This document shows positions 26,455 through 35,331 of a stretch of 64,000 nucleotides of DNA, in pieces; position 1 is the stretch's first letter, and the number at the start of each line of letters is the position of its first letter. Source of the DNA: Candidatus Uhrbacteria bacterium RIFOXYB12_FULL_58_10 (GTDB lineage: Bacteria; Patescibacteriota; Patescibacteriia; UBA9934; GWF2-40-263); NCBI GenBank assembly GCA_943354165.1, contig CALRBH010000003.1:5149-69148 (forward strand), read 5' to 3'. A program made the position numbers and the translations under genes. The notes under the pieces are model-generated. The model did no database searches and was not told the origin of the DNA. It was given only the letters and a program-made list of their open reading frames with translations.

Positions 26455-27087
26455 CTAGTTGCTCAGGTCGATGCCGACGTTGGCGAAGTCCTGGTAGGCG
26501 CGCGGCAGGTACTCTTGGTACTCGGGCCGTTCGCCTTTCTTGAGGACGCGGGCGATGGCTTCGCGCAGCGTCTCCGGCTTGCCGGTGACGTCGATGCGGA
26601 GCGGGTCGGTGAGGAAGCCGTTGGCCCAGAGGAAGAGCTGCATGTAGCGCTCGTCCACTTTGGCTTGTTCTTCGACGAAGCGGTTGGCGACGTCCTGGAA
26701 CAGGCGGTCGGCAGTCCACTCGCAGAGGTCGGCGACGTGGATTTTCACGGCGATCGCGTAGATCGCGTTGGCGAAGTCTTCGTCGGTGTCGGGGGGCAAG
26801 TTGATGTTGGGTTCGGTGTGGGAAACGAGCTGGAGCATCATCATGTGGAACCTGCTGGGGAACAGTCGCCGGGCGACCGCCGTGGGCACTTTTAGAGTGG
26901 CCAGGTATGAAGGGAAGAGATGTTCTTCCACTCGTATCTGGCCTCTCACTACACGTTGGCAGTGAGAGGCAGAGAAGCACGTGTTCAGCGCTTCTGTTGG
27001 GAACGTTCTGTGTCTGCATGGAGTACTCGGTGGTGATGACCAGTGGGCGCGGTCGGTGTTTGGAAATGGTTGTTGCCCAGCAAGCAA
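26455..27087 (-). CDS. Hypothetical protein, start uncertain and probably downstream of 27087
   Basis: C-terminal two-thirds looks globular and coding; N-terminus doubtful. Confidence 0.55.
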   Translation of the reverse strand: MLAGQQPFPNTDRAHWSSPPSTPCRHRTFPTEALNTCFSASHCQRVVRGQIRVEEHLFPSYLATLKVPTAVARRLFPSRFHMMMLQLVSHTEPNINLPPDTDEDFANAIYAIAVKIHVADLCEWTADRLFQDVANRFVEEQAKVDERYMQLFLWANGFLTDPLRIDVTGKPETLREAIARVLKKGERPEYQEYLPRAYQDFANVGIDLSN

Positions 27088-27418
27088 TCAACAAGACGTT
27101 CTTATCAATTCTTTGCTAGGCCTGTGTCTCACGACAGCGGGCGAGTTTGGAAGGAAGGATTAGTATGCGATCTTCTTCTGCTGAGGCGGGAGTGCCTCAG
27201 CCTTCTTAATCGCGAGCGGTGTTTCGTACGTTTCAGGTTCGGGAATCTGGAGGGTGATGGCACATTGACCTGGGCAAGCCCTGGTGTGCGCCGTGGACAT
27301 CAGGCATATGGAGCGAGCGAGCCGAAGCCCGGTCAATCCATTTGATGTCCGTCCACTACGACCGAGGCCGCAATGGGGTTCACTCTCTCCCCCAGATTTC
27401 CGAACCCAAATTTGGTAC

Positions 27419-27596
27419 AAAAAACCGACGGATGTCTGCACTCGTTTCTGTTAATTGAGTACAGGCATCCGCCGGCTCAGAATCACGTTTAGGTACGATG
27501 ATTCTAGGGATCGGTGAAAAACCAGATACTCTCTCCCGTTATGAAATTGTTTAGCTTCGGGCTTCGTAGTCCCTCGGCCGATGAACATTTCAACGC
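27419..27596 (-). ncRNA. Candidate structured leader or sRNA ending in an intrinsic terminator
   Basis: Follows the promoter at 27601-27629; ends in a 19-bp stem with one mismatch plus U6. Confidence 0.5.
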
Positions 27597-27600
27597 GCTA

Positions 27601-27629
27601 TTTATACCACATTTTGGCAACTTTGTCAA
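27601..27629 (-). promoter_or_regulatory. Near-consensus sigma70 promoter
   Basis: Minus strand TTGACA-17 nt-TATAAA with TGn. Confidence 0.7.
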
Positions 27630-27676
27630 GAGCTAAGCGAAGTAATTTGGCTGGGTTGGGGCTTGGAAAGTGTACG

Positions 27677-27754
27677 CAGTTAGTAGTCAGTAGAAAGTAG
27701 ATAGTAGAGTTATCCTTCAAAAACTACTAACTACTTTCTACTAACTACTAACTA
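27677..27754. repeat. Inverted heptad-array element, copy 5
   Basis: CAGTTAG TAGTCAG TAGAAAG TAGATAG TAG / 16 nt / CTA CTAACTA CTTTCTA CTAACTA CTAACTA. Confidence 0.95.
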
Positions 27755-27778
27755 AAGATCCCATGCTATACTCCGCCC

Positions 27779-28696
27779 ATGAATCTCTTTTCCACCATCA
27801 TCGGCCATGAGCAGGCCAAATCCATCCTTTCCCGTCAGATGGAGGGAAACCAGCTTTCCCATGCCTATCTGTTTGTAGGCCCAAACGGGGTAGGACGGAC
27901 CACGATGGCCCATGCCCTCATGCGGGATTTTTTAGGCCTCGTCCCAGGGAGCCAGCTTTCGACCCACCCGGATGTCCTTTGTCTTGAGCGTGAGGTCGAT
28001 GAAGATGGAAAGCGTAAAACGGAAATCGTGGTCTCCGACGCCCGCACCTTCGTGGACTGGTTTTCGCTCTCACCCATTATGGGATCGCGCAAGGCAGCCT
28101 TCGTGGAAGAAGCGGAGCGTCTCAATACGTCGGCAGCAAATGCGCTCCTAAAAACCATCGAGGAGCCGAAAGGGGATACGCTTCTCATTCTTCGTGCTCC
28201 GTCGCTCGACGCGCTTCCGCTTACCATCGCCTCCCGTTGTCAGGTGATGCGCTTCGCGCCGGTGCCGATGAAGACGATCGCCGAAGCCGTCGAAAAACGC
28301 GGACTCGATAAAACAGAAGCGGCTTCCATTGCGCAGATGTCCTTGGGTCGCCCAGGACATGCCATTCGGTTCATTACGGACGGCGCCTTTCGCGCGGCCT
28401 ATGAAGTCGCACAGACACGTGTGCGCGAATGGCACACGTTACCGATCTATGCGCGCGTCCGAGCGGTCGCCGATCTTCTCCCAAAGGAAGAAGCCGACAA
28501 ACGCACCGTCCTTGAAGAAACGTTGAGCGGATTGGAACGCGCGGCACGTGCAGAATTAGTACGATGCGTGGAATCGGATCCGCAAGGGGCGCAGCACTGG
28601 AGCCAGGCTCTGACACGTATCCGCGACGCCCGTCTGGCCGCCTCGCATAACGGAAATCCCCAACTGTGTCTCGAACATGCCGTTTTTGCGCTATAA
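27779..28696 (+). CDS. holB: DNA polymerase III subunit delta-prime
   Basis: HAYLFVGP, HPDV, AANALLKTIEEP, TIASRC. Confidence 0.9.
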   Translation: MNLFSTIIGHEQAKSILSRQMEGNQLSHAYLFVGPNGVGRTTMAHALMRDFLGLVPGSQLSTHPDVLCLEREVDEDGKRKTEIVVSDARTFVDWFSLSPIMGSRKAAFVEEAERLNTSAANALLKTIEEPKGDTLLILRAPSLDALPLTIASRCQVMRFAPVPMKTIAEAVEKRGLDKTEAASIAQMSLGRPGHAIRFITDGAFRAAYEVAQTRVREWHTLPIYARVRAVADLLPKEEADKRTVLEETLSGLERAARAELVRCVESDPQGAQHWSQALTRIRDARLAASHNGNPQLCLEHAVFAL

Positions 28697-28718
28697 TGAT
28701 CCGAACTCATCACAACTT

Positions 28719-29777
28719 ATGAAACACATGAAACTTGCCGTGCCGTTTATTGCTCTCGCCCTTATGGGACTTGGATGCGGTTCAGGCGGCAGCGGTTCCA
28801 AGGCGGCGGACGGAGGCATCTGGAAAACCACAGATGCCGGCGTGAAATTTGCGTCCGCTAACGTACTTTCGGGCGGAAAGAGCATCGGCTCGCTCGCAAC
28901 GGCAAGCGTCATGAACATCGAGATGGATCCGCATGACAGCCAAATCCTGTATGCCTCCACGCGCGAACACGGACTGCTCGTTTCAGAAGACGGCGCCTCC
29001 ACCTGGCAGCAGCCGCGCCAGGCAGCGTTGCGGACCGGATCGGTCGTGGATGTGGAAGCGGATCCAAAGGAGCTTTGCACTGTCTACATCGCCACCCCCA
29101 AACGGCTCATGAAGTCCGACACCTGTCTGCGCACGCTTTATGAGCAAGTGTACGTGGAGAATCGCCCGACCGCCTCCATTACGGACGTGGAAGTGGACTG
29201 GTACAACGCCTCCGCAGTGTGGCTTGGCATGGGCAACGGCGACATCTTCAAGAGCGAGGACGCCGGCAAGACTTGGCGCAAGATCATCACCCTCAAAGGA
29301 GCGGTAACGCAGATGATGGTGTCCAATGCGGACAGCCGTCAGGTGCTGGTTGGGACGGATAAGGATGGCTTATGGAAAACGGTAGATGCGGGCGTCTCTT
29401 GGGTTCAAATTGAGAAGGAGTTGAAAGATTTCCGAAACGGCAATAAGGTGTGGTCTCTCGTACAGGACAAGACTTCGGCCACCGTAGTTGCCGCCACCCA
29501 GTACGGTCTCCTGCGTTCGCAGGATTTCGGCTCTACTTGGGAGGGAATCGCGCTGCTTACGGCCCCTGGCCAGATCACCATCAAGGCGCTCGCGATGGAT
29601 CCGGAAAACGTGAGCAGCATCGCCTTTGCCAGCCTCGGCACGCTTTATTCAACCACGGACGGCGGGGTCACCTGGAAGACAGTGAAGCTTCCAACGGCCC
29701 GTATTCCGGAAGTCCTCATTGCCGATCCGCTTCGTTGGGAAACCATGTACCTCGGCGTTTCCGCCCCACTCAAATAA
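28719..29777 (+). CDS. BNR/Asp-box repeat (YCF48-like) beta-propeller lipoprotein
   Basis: Lipobox MGLGC; repeated S/T-x-D-x-G-x-T/S-W. Confidence 0.85.
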   Translation: MKHMKLAVPFIALALMGLGCGSGGSGSKAADGGIWKTTDAGVKFASANVLSGGKSIGSLATASVMNIEMDPHDSQILYASTREHGLLVSEDGASTWQQPRQAALRTGSVVDVEADPKELCTVYIATPKRLMKSDTCLRTLYEQVYVENRPTASITDVEVDWYNASAVWLGMGNGDIFKSEDAGKTWRKIITLKGAVTQMMVSNADSRQVLVGTDKDGLWKTVDAGVSWVQIEKELKDFRNGNKVWSLVQDKTSATVVAATQYGLLRSQDFGSTWEGIALLTAPGQITIKALAMDPENVSSIAFASLGTLYSTTDGGVTWKTVKLPTARIPEVLIADPLRWETMYLGVSAPLK

Positions 29778-29780
29778 TGT

Positions 29781-30335
29781 ATGCATCCGTTCGTCGTCAG
29801 CAAGCAGTCCTCGTTTAAGGCCGTCATTGAACATCTCCAACACGAGCTGTCTTCATTGCGTACCGGCCGGGCCAATCCCGCCATCGTAGAAGACATCAAG
29901 GTGATGGCGTATGAGAGCACGATGGATTTGAAAGGCGTTGCGTCCATCACCGCACAGGACACAAAAACTCTCGTGGTGCAGCCATGGGACAAGTCGCTTC
30001 TGCAGGCGATTGAAAAAGCGATCCGCGACGCGGACATCGGCATCAATCCGGCCGTGGACGGCGGTATCGTTCGCCTCAACTTCCCGATGATGACGGAAGA
30101 GAATCGCAAGAAGCTGGTGAAGACCATGAAGGAATGGTGCGAAGAATCCCGCGTGGCCCTGCGCCAGGTGCGCGAAGCCTCCCGCGAGGAAGTGATGAAG
30201 ATGGAAAAGGCCGGCGACATCGGAGAAGACGAAAAGTTCAAGATGCTCGACGAGCTCGATGAGTACACCAAGGAGCTCACGCGCAACATCGATGAAATCG
30301 CCGAATCGAAGGAGAAAGAAATCATGACGATATAG
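29781..30335 (+). CDS. frr: Ribosome recycling factor
   Basis: LRTGRANP, QPWDKS..IEKAI, KEKEIMTI. Confidence 0.97.
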   Translation: MHPFVVSKQSSFKAVIEHLQHELSSLRTGRANPAIVEDIKVMAYESTMDLKGVASITAQDTKTLVVQPWDKSLLQAIEKAIRDADIGINPAVDGGIVRLNFPMMTEENRKKLVKTMKEWCEESRVALRQVREASREEVMKMEKAGDIGEDEKFKMLDELDEYTKELTRNIDEIAESKEKEIMTI

Positions 30336-30415
30336 AGTTAGTAGTAAGTAGTTAGTAGTAAGTAGTTTTACTTACGATCTTTCGACTACTATCTACTAAC
30401 TACTATCTACTAACT
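30335..30415. repeat. Inverted heptad-array element, copy 6
   Basis: GAGTTAG TAGTAAG TAGTTAG TAGTAAG TAG / 20 nt / CTA CTATCTA CTAACTA CTATCTA CTAACT. Confidence 0.95.
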
Positions 30416-30422
30416 TCGCACT

Positions 30423-31745
30423 ATGTCAGAAGTCACCATGGATAAGCTCGTCGCTCTTTCGAAGTCACGCGGGTTTGTATTTCCGGGATCCGAAATTTAT
30501 GGCGGGATGGCCAACTCCTGGGACTACGGTCCGCTCGGAGCCGAATTGAAATTCAACGTGAAGAAGGAATGGTGGAAGATGTTCGTGCAGGAGCGTTTGG
30601 ATATGGTCGGCATCGATGCCGCGCTCATCATGAACCCAAAAGTTTGGGAGGCGTCCGGCCATGTAGCCACGTTCACGGACCCGCTCGTGGAGTGCAAAGA
30701 ATGTCATGAACGCTATCGCGCGGACCAGATCGATTTGAAGGCGGCGTGCGCCAAGTGCGGACGCAAGGGAACCTTCACGGAACCGTCGTCCTTCAACCTC
30801 ATGCTGAAAACCTGGATCGGTCCGAAGGAAGACGCCTCGGCCGTTGCGTACTTCCGTCCTGAAACTGCGCAGGCGATGTTCGTCGACTTTCCACAGGTTC
30901 TCCAGACTTCACGCAAGCGCATTCCATTCGGCATCGCGCAGATCGGGAAAGCATTCCGAAACGAGATCACACCAGGAAACTTCATCTTCCGCACCCGCGA
31001 ATTCGAGCAAATGGAAATCGAATATTTTATTCATCCATCCACTTGGGAGACAGTGTTCGAGGAATGGCTCGCCCAGATGAAGCGCTGGATCAAGCACGTC
31101 GGGATCGATGCGGCAAAAATCCACGACCTCGAAGTCCCTGCGGCCGACCTCGCCCACTACTCTAAGCGCACGGTTGATCTTGAGTTCGAGTTCCCGTTCG
31201 GGATCAAGGAACTCTACGGCATCGCGTACCGCACCGACTTCGACCTCAAGAATCATGGGACTCACACGGGGAAGGAGATCACCTATCTCGATCCTGAAAC
31301 GAACGAGAAATACACCCCGCACGTCGTGGAGCCAACCTTCGGTGTGGATCGCACCGTGCTCGCCATCATGTGCAGCGCGTACCACGAAGAAACGCTGACC
31401 GATGAAAAAGGCGAAACAGATACGCGCGTGGTGATGCGTTTCCCGAAGTCCATCGCTCCCATCAAGATCGCCGTCCTCCCGCTCTCCAAGAAAGACGAGC
31501 TCTCTTCCGTCGCACGCCCGCTCGCCGAGCGTCTCGCGAAGCTTTGGAAGACGGAATACGATGAGACGCAGTCCATCGGCAAGCGCTATCGCCGTCAGGA
31601 CGAAATCGGCACGCCGTACTGCATCACGGTGGATTTCGATACGCTGAACGACAACGCCGTCACCGTCCGCGACCGCGACACCATGAAGCAGGAACGAATC
31701 GCTCTTTCTGAACTGGAAGGATATCTCACAAAACAGTTCAACTAA
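30423..31745 (+). CDS. glyQS: Glycine--tRNA ligase, alpha2 type
   Basis: RPETAQ, GKAFRNEITPGNFIFRTREFEQME, IGKRYRRQDEIGTP. Confidence 0.97.
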   Translation: MSEVTMDKLVALSKSRGFVFPGSEIYGGMANSWDYGPLGAELKFNVKKEWWKMFVQERLDMVGIDAALIMNPKVWEASGHVATFTDPLVECKECHERYRADQIDLKAACAKCGRKGTFTEPSSFNLMLKTWIGPKEDASAVAYFRPETAQAMFVDFPQVLQTSRKRIPFGIAQIGKAFRNEITPGNFIFRTREFEQMEIEYFIHPSTWETVFEEWLAQMKRWIKHVGIDAAKIHDLEVPAADLAHYSKRTVDLEFEFPFGIKELYGIAYRTDFDLKNHGTHTGKEITYLDPETNEKYTPHVVEPTFGVDRTVLAIMCSAYHEETLTDEKGETDTRVVMRFPKSIAPIKIAVLPLSKKDELSSVARPLAERLAKLWKTEYDETQSIGKRYRRQDEIGTPYCITVDFDTLNDNAVTVRDRDTMKQERIALSELEGYLTKQFN

Positions 31746-31747
31746 TT

Positions 31748-31786
31748 CCTTCCAAACCTCCCGGACCTCCAAAACCTTCCCAACCT
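31748..31786 (+). repeat. Degenerate 9-nt tandem repeat filling the intergenic gap
   Basis: CCTTCCAAA CCTCCCGGA CCTCCAAAA CCTTCCCAA CCT then ATG. Confidence 0.7.
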
Positions 31787-33061
31787 ATGTCCGTCGCTCA
31801 CACGCTTCAAAACGGTTTTCGCGTCCGCCTCATTCCATTCGAAGGGACAGACGCCGCCACCGCCCTCATTCTTTTTAAGGTTGGTTCCCGCTACGAGTTC
31901 GAGGAAATCAACGGTGCCGCGCACTACGTTGAGCACCTCATGTTCAAGGGCACCAAGCGCCGCCCTTCGACGACCGATATTTCCAAGGCGCTCGACGGCA
32001 TTGGCGCGGAGTACAACGCGTTCACCAGCAAGAGCTGGACCGGCTACTACATCAAGGCCGAGGCGTCGCATCTTCCGCTCGCGCTCGACATGCTGCACGA
32101 CATGACCTTTCATTCCGTCTACGACAAGAAGGAGATGGACCGCGAGCGTTCCGTGATCATCGAGGAAATCAACATGTACCGCGACAACCCCATGATGCGC
32201 ATCGAGGAACTTCTCGAGGAGCGCATGTTCGAAGGTCCGCTTGGATGGAACATTGGTGGAAGCGAACATACGATGCGGACGATGACACGCAAGAATGTCC
32301 TTGCGTTCCGCGACAAGTTTTACACCCCAGATCGCGCCGTAGTAGTGCTGGCGGGAAAGGTTGGAGAGAACACCATGCCTGTCATCGAAAAGACCTTCGG
32401 ATCTGTGAAGGCTCATGTCGGTGATGCGGCCGCGCCGTTCGTTCCGTACCGCTTGCGCCCATCAACGAAAGGGCATCGGACGATCATTGAAAATAAGGAT
32501 ACGAAGCAGATCCAACTCGCTCTTGGATTCCCGAGCTACGCCATTGGGGATAAGCGCAATCCAGCCGTGAGCTTGCTTGGGAACATTCTCGGTGGCACCA
32601 TGAGCTCAAGGCTCTTTATCAACGTCCGTGAGCGTCGAGGACTCTGCTATTTCATTCGAGCGGGGAATGATCCAATGGAGGACGTAGGCGTATTTACCAT
32701 CAAGTCCGGCCTCGAGTCTGCACGCATGCCGCTTGCAACAAAGACTATTTTCCAGCAGGTGGAGCTCATGAAGAAAAAGGGCGTCACGCCGCGTGAAGTG
32801 CGCGAGGCCAAGGAAAACATCCGCGGCCGGCTGCTCCTCTCTATGGAAGACTCCTCGGACCGTGCCGATTGGTACGCTCACCAGGAACTGTTCCAGAAGG
32901 AGGTTAAGACTCCGGCACAATTCCTTGAGACCATCGCCAAGGTCACGCCCAAGCAGATCCAAGCCGCCGCGAACGACATTCTCAACCGCTCAGAAATGAC
33001 CGTCGCCGGCATCGGCCCCTTTAAGAATGAATCCGATTTCCGAAAAAAGTCCGCCCTGTAA
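31787..33061 (+). CDS. M16 (pitrilysin) family zinc peptidase
   Basis: HYVEH (HxxEH), NAFTS, SSRLF..VRERRGLCY. Confidence 0.95.
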   Translation: MSVAHTLQNGFRVRLIPFEGTDAATALILFKVGSRYEFEEINGAAHYVEHLMFKGTKRRPSTTDISKALDGIGAEYNAFTSKSWTGYYIKAEASHLPLALDMLHDMTFHSVYDKKEMDRERSVIIEEINMYRDNPMMRIEELLEERMFEGPLGWNIGGSEHTMRTMTRKNVLAFRDKFYTPDRAVVVLAGKVGENTMPVIEKTFGSVKAHVGDAAAPFVPYRLRPSTKGHRTIIENKDTKQIQLALGFPSYAIGDKRNPAVSLLGNILGGTMSSRLFINVRERRGLCYFIRAGNDPMEDVGVFTIKSGLESARMPLATKTIFQQVELMKKKGVTPREVREAKENIRGRLLLSMEDSSDRADWYAHQELFQKEVKTPAQFLETIAKVTPKQIQAAANDILNRSEMTVAGIGPFKNESDFRKKSAL

Positions 33062-33092
33062 CTACTGCCCACTGCCTACTCCCTACTGCCTA
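33062..33092 (+). repeat. Half-element of the heptad family (CTACTnn x4, GC-rich nn)
   Basis: CTACTGC CCACTGC CTACTCC CTACTGC CTA(TG). Confidence 0.75.
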
Positions 33093-33865
33093 TGAAAACC
33101 ATTGTCGCCAACTGGAAAATGAACGTCGGAACCCGCGAGAGTATCGCGCTCGCTCGATCCGTCCTTTTGGTGCTGCGCGGGAAGAAAGTCATCCCGTCGC
33201 TGGTGGTCTGTCCGCCGTTTACTGCGCTCTCGGAGGTGCGTAAGATCGTCGCGCGTTCGCATGTTGCTCTTGGCGCGCAGGACGCGTCCTGGGAAGCGCA
33301 GGGGAACTTTACGGGCGAGATTTCACTCCGCATGCTCGCCGAACACGGCGTAACGCACGTGATCGTCGGCCATTCGGAGCGCCGTCGCGTTCTTGGGGAG
33401 ACCGATGAAATGGTCGGCAAGAAGTTTGCTGCGGTGCTTGCCGGTGGCCTGACACCTATCCTCTGCGTGGGGGAGACGAAGGCGGAACGCGAGGCCGGGG
33501 AAGCCGAGGCGGTGGTGCGCCGCCAGCTCACAAGCGCCCTGCGCGCGGCTGGAACCGTGCGGAAGGCCATCTGGATCGCTTATGAGCCCGTGTGGGCCAT
33601 CGGAACCGGGGTTTCCGCAGAACCGGCGGATGCGGTAAAGATGCATAGCGCGATTCGATCGATGATCGCCGATATTCTGCCATCCCTCAAAAACCAGGTC
33701 ACCGTGCTGTATGGGGGAAGCGTGGATCCCAAGAATGCCTATGCGTTTCTTCGTGAACAGGAAGTCGATGGCGTGCTCGTCGGCGGAGCGTCCGTGAAAG
33801 CAAACCAATTTGCGGAAATCGTGCAGGCAGGGGTACAGGTCATGGAGGCACAATCGGAAGTATGA
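33092..33865 (+). CDS. tpiA: Triosephosphate isomerase
   Basis: ANWKMN, GHSERR, AYEPVWAIGTG, LVGGAS. Confidence 0.98.
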   Translation: MKTIVANWKMNVGTRESIALARSVLLVLRGKKVIPSLVVCPPFTALSEVRKIVARSHVALGAQDASWEAQGNFTGEISLRMLAEHGVTHVIVGHSERRRVLGETDEMVGKKFAAVLAGGLTPILCVGETKAEREAGEAEAVVRRQLTSALRAAGTVRKAIWIAYEPVWAIGTGVSAEPADAVKMHSAIRSMIADILPSLKNQVTVLYGGSVDPKNAYAFLREQEVDGVLVGGASVKANQFAEIVQAGVQVMEAQSEV

Positions 33866-34683
33866 TGTCACTCTTTTGGATCATTCCGCTCATCTTTTTT
33901 GCGGCAGCGAGCCTCGTTGCCCTCGTGGTTGTGATTCGGAAAATTCCGCAGCTCACTGTAGTGGACGCTTCTACTGCCGTAGGAGCGCGCGAGCACAAGG
34001 TGAAAGAGAACATCATCATGCAGCGGTTTGACCGCCTCGGAACGCAAAAGCTTTCCAAGGTCGCTTCGATGGCAACCGCATCGGTGCGTGGGGCCTCCAA
34101 TATCGGACGTCGCGCTGTGCAGCGTCTGTATGCCTTGGAGCAGTATTACCAGAAGCTCAAGAAGATTCCCGGCGCATCCGTCGCCGATCCTGACGCGGTA
34201 AAAAAACTTCTCGCTGAGGCGGAAGCCTTCACGAAGGAAGAGGAATACATCCAGGGGGAAAAGCGGTACATCGAAGTGATCGGACATAATCCAAAGATGG
34301 TCGATGCGTATGAAGGGCTCGGGAACTTGTACCTCAAGGCCAAGCAGCTCGGGCAGGCACGCGAAACGTTCGTGTTTGCGTTGCACCTCTCTCCGGACGA
34401 CGCAAGTATTCACATGAGTTTGGCGGATCTCGATGTCCTGGAAGACCATCTCGAGGACGCGATGAAGCACCTCAGAATTTGCGTGATCAAGCGCCCGAAC
34501 AATCCGAAGTACCTCGACACCTACATCGAAACCGCCCTGAGCGCAAAGTCGATTGAAGATGCAAAGAAGGGAATTACGAGCCTCAAAGCAGCGAACCCGG
34601 AAAACCAGAAGATTGAGGAGTTTGAGCGCAGGCTCGCGGAAATCACCCCATCCCCACCCACAGCACCTTCACAGGAGGCCTAA
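33862..34683 (+). CDS. Membrane-anchored TPR protein
   Basis: N-terminal TM segment; AYEGLGNLY TPR-like helices. Confidence 0.8.
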   Translation: MMSLFWIIPLIFFAAASLVALVVVIRKIPQLTVVDASTAVGAREHKVKENIIMQRFDRLGTQKLSKVASMATASVRGASNIGRRAVQRLYALEQYYQKLKKIPGASVADPDAVKKLLAEAEAFTKEEEYIQGEKRYIEVIGHNPKMVDAYEGLGNLYLKAKQLGQARETFVFALHLSPDDASIHMSLADLDVLEDHLEDAMKHLRICVIKRPNNPKYLDTYIETALSAKSIEDAKKGITSLKAANPENQKIEEFERRLAEITPSPPTAPSQEA

Positions 34684-34701
34684 GGTTTGTTACCATCGCG
34701 A

Positions 34702-34733
34702 CCAGCCTACGCTCTTGAGAGAGCTTCGGCTGG
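34702..34733. repeat. REP-like hairpin with 3x3 internal loop
   Basis: CCAGCC-TAC-GCTCT-tgag-AGAGC-TTC-GGCTGG. Confidence 0.75.
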
Positions 34734-34763
34734 CAGGCGTTCCCTAAAAAAGAATGCCATAAC

Positions 34764-34839
34764 GCCGACATAGCTCAGTTGGTAGAGCGCATCCATGGTA
34801 AGGATGAGGTCATCGGTTCAATCCCGATTGTCGGCTCCA
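34764..34839 (+). tRNA. tRNA-Thr(GGT)
   Basis: Cloverleaf, GCCGACA/TGTCGGC acceptor stem, anticodon GGT, encoded CCA. Confidence 0.97.
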
Positions 34840-34925
34840 GGGCAGGTACCCAAGCGGTCAAAGGGGGGAGACTGTAAATCTCTTGGCTTACGCCTACGTG
34901 GGTTCGAACCCCACCCTGCCCACCA
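34840..34925 (+). tRNA. tRNA-Tyr(GTA)
   Basis: GGGCAGG/CCTGCCC acceptor stem, anticodon GTA, long variable arm, CCA. Confidence 0.97.
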
Positions 34926-35013
34926 TCCTTCGCTCCTTGAGAGGAGCTTCGGCTGGCGGAGCCTGGCAGCGAATGCTGCCGCACCGCCGGACGTAGCCTT
35001 AGCGAAGTCCGGC
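34923..35013. repeat. Two oppositely oriented REP-like hairpins between tRNAs
   Basis: CCATCC-TTC-GCTCCT-tgag-AGGAGC-TTC-GGCTGG (34923-34956); GCCGGAC-GTA-GC-ctta-GC-GAA-GTCCGGC (34986-35013). Confidence 0.75.
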
Positions 35014-35087
35014 CGCCTTAGCTCAGCTGGTAGAGCAACAGTTTTGTAAACTGTAGGTCGTCGGTTCAAATCCGACAGGCGGCTCCA
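35012..35087 (+). tRNA. tRNA-Thr(TGT)
   Basis: GCCGCCT/AGGCGGC acceptor stem, anticodon TGT, CCA. Confidence 0.97.
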
Positions 35088-35116
35088 TTGACAGAAACCG
35101 GCTGATCCCGTAAGGT
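35088..35116 (+). promoter_or_regulatory. Sigma70-type promoter of rpmG
   Basis: TTGACA-17 nt-TAAGGT. Confidence 0.6.
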
Positions 35117-35138
35117 TTCGGCAATTCACCTGATATAT

Positions 35139-35294
35139 ATGTCTCAAGATAATCTCATCAAGCTCGAGTGCATCGAGTGCAAGAAGGTTGGGTACAACAC
35201 CCACAAGAACAAGAAGATGCTCAAGGAACGTCTTGAGCTCTCCAAGTTCTGCAAGTGGTGCCGCGCCCACAACAAGCACAAGGAAACCAAATAA
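35139..35294 (+). CDS. rpmG: 50S ribosomal protein L33 (Zn-binding C+ form); absent from the ORF track
   Basis: MSQDNLIKLECIECKKVGYNTHKNKKMLKERLELSKFCKWCRAHNKHKETK. Confidence 0.96.
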   Translation: MSQDNLIKLECIECKKVGYNTHKNKKMLKERLELSKFCKWCRAHNKHKETK

Positions 35295-35331
35295 AAAAGA
35301 AGGCCGCCCAGAGAACCTGGGCGGCTTTTTT
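35295..35331. terminator. Bidirectional terminator
   Basis: A-run, GCCGCCCAG-agaac-CTGGGCGGC, T-run. Confidence 0.8.
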
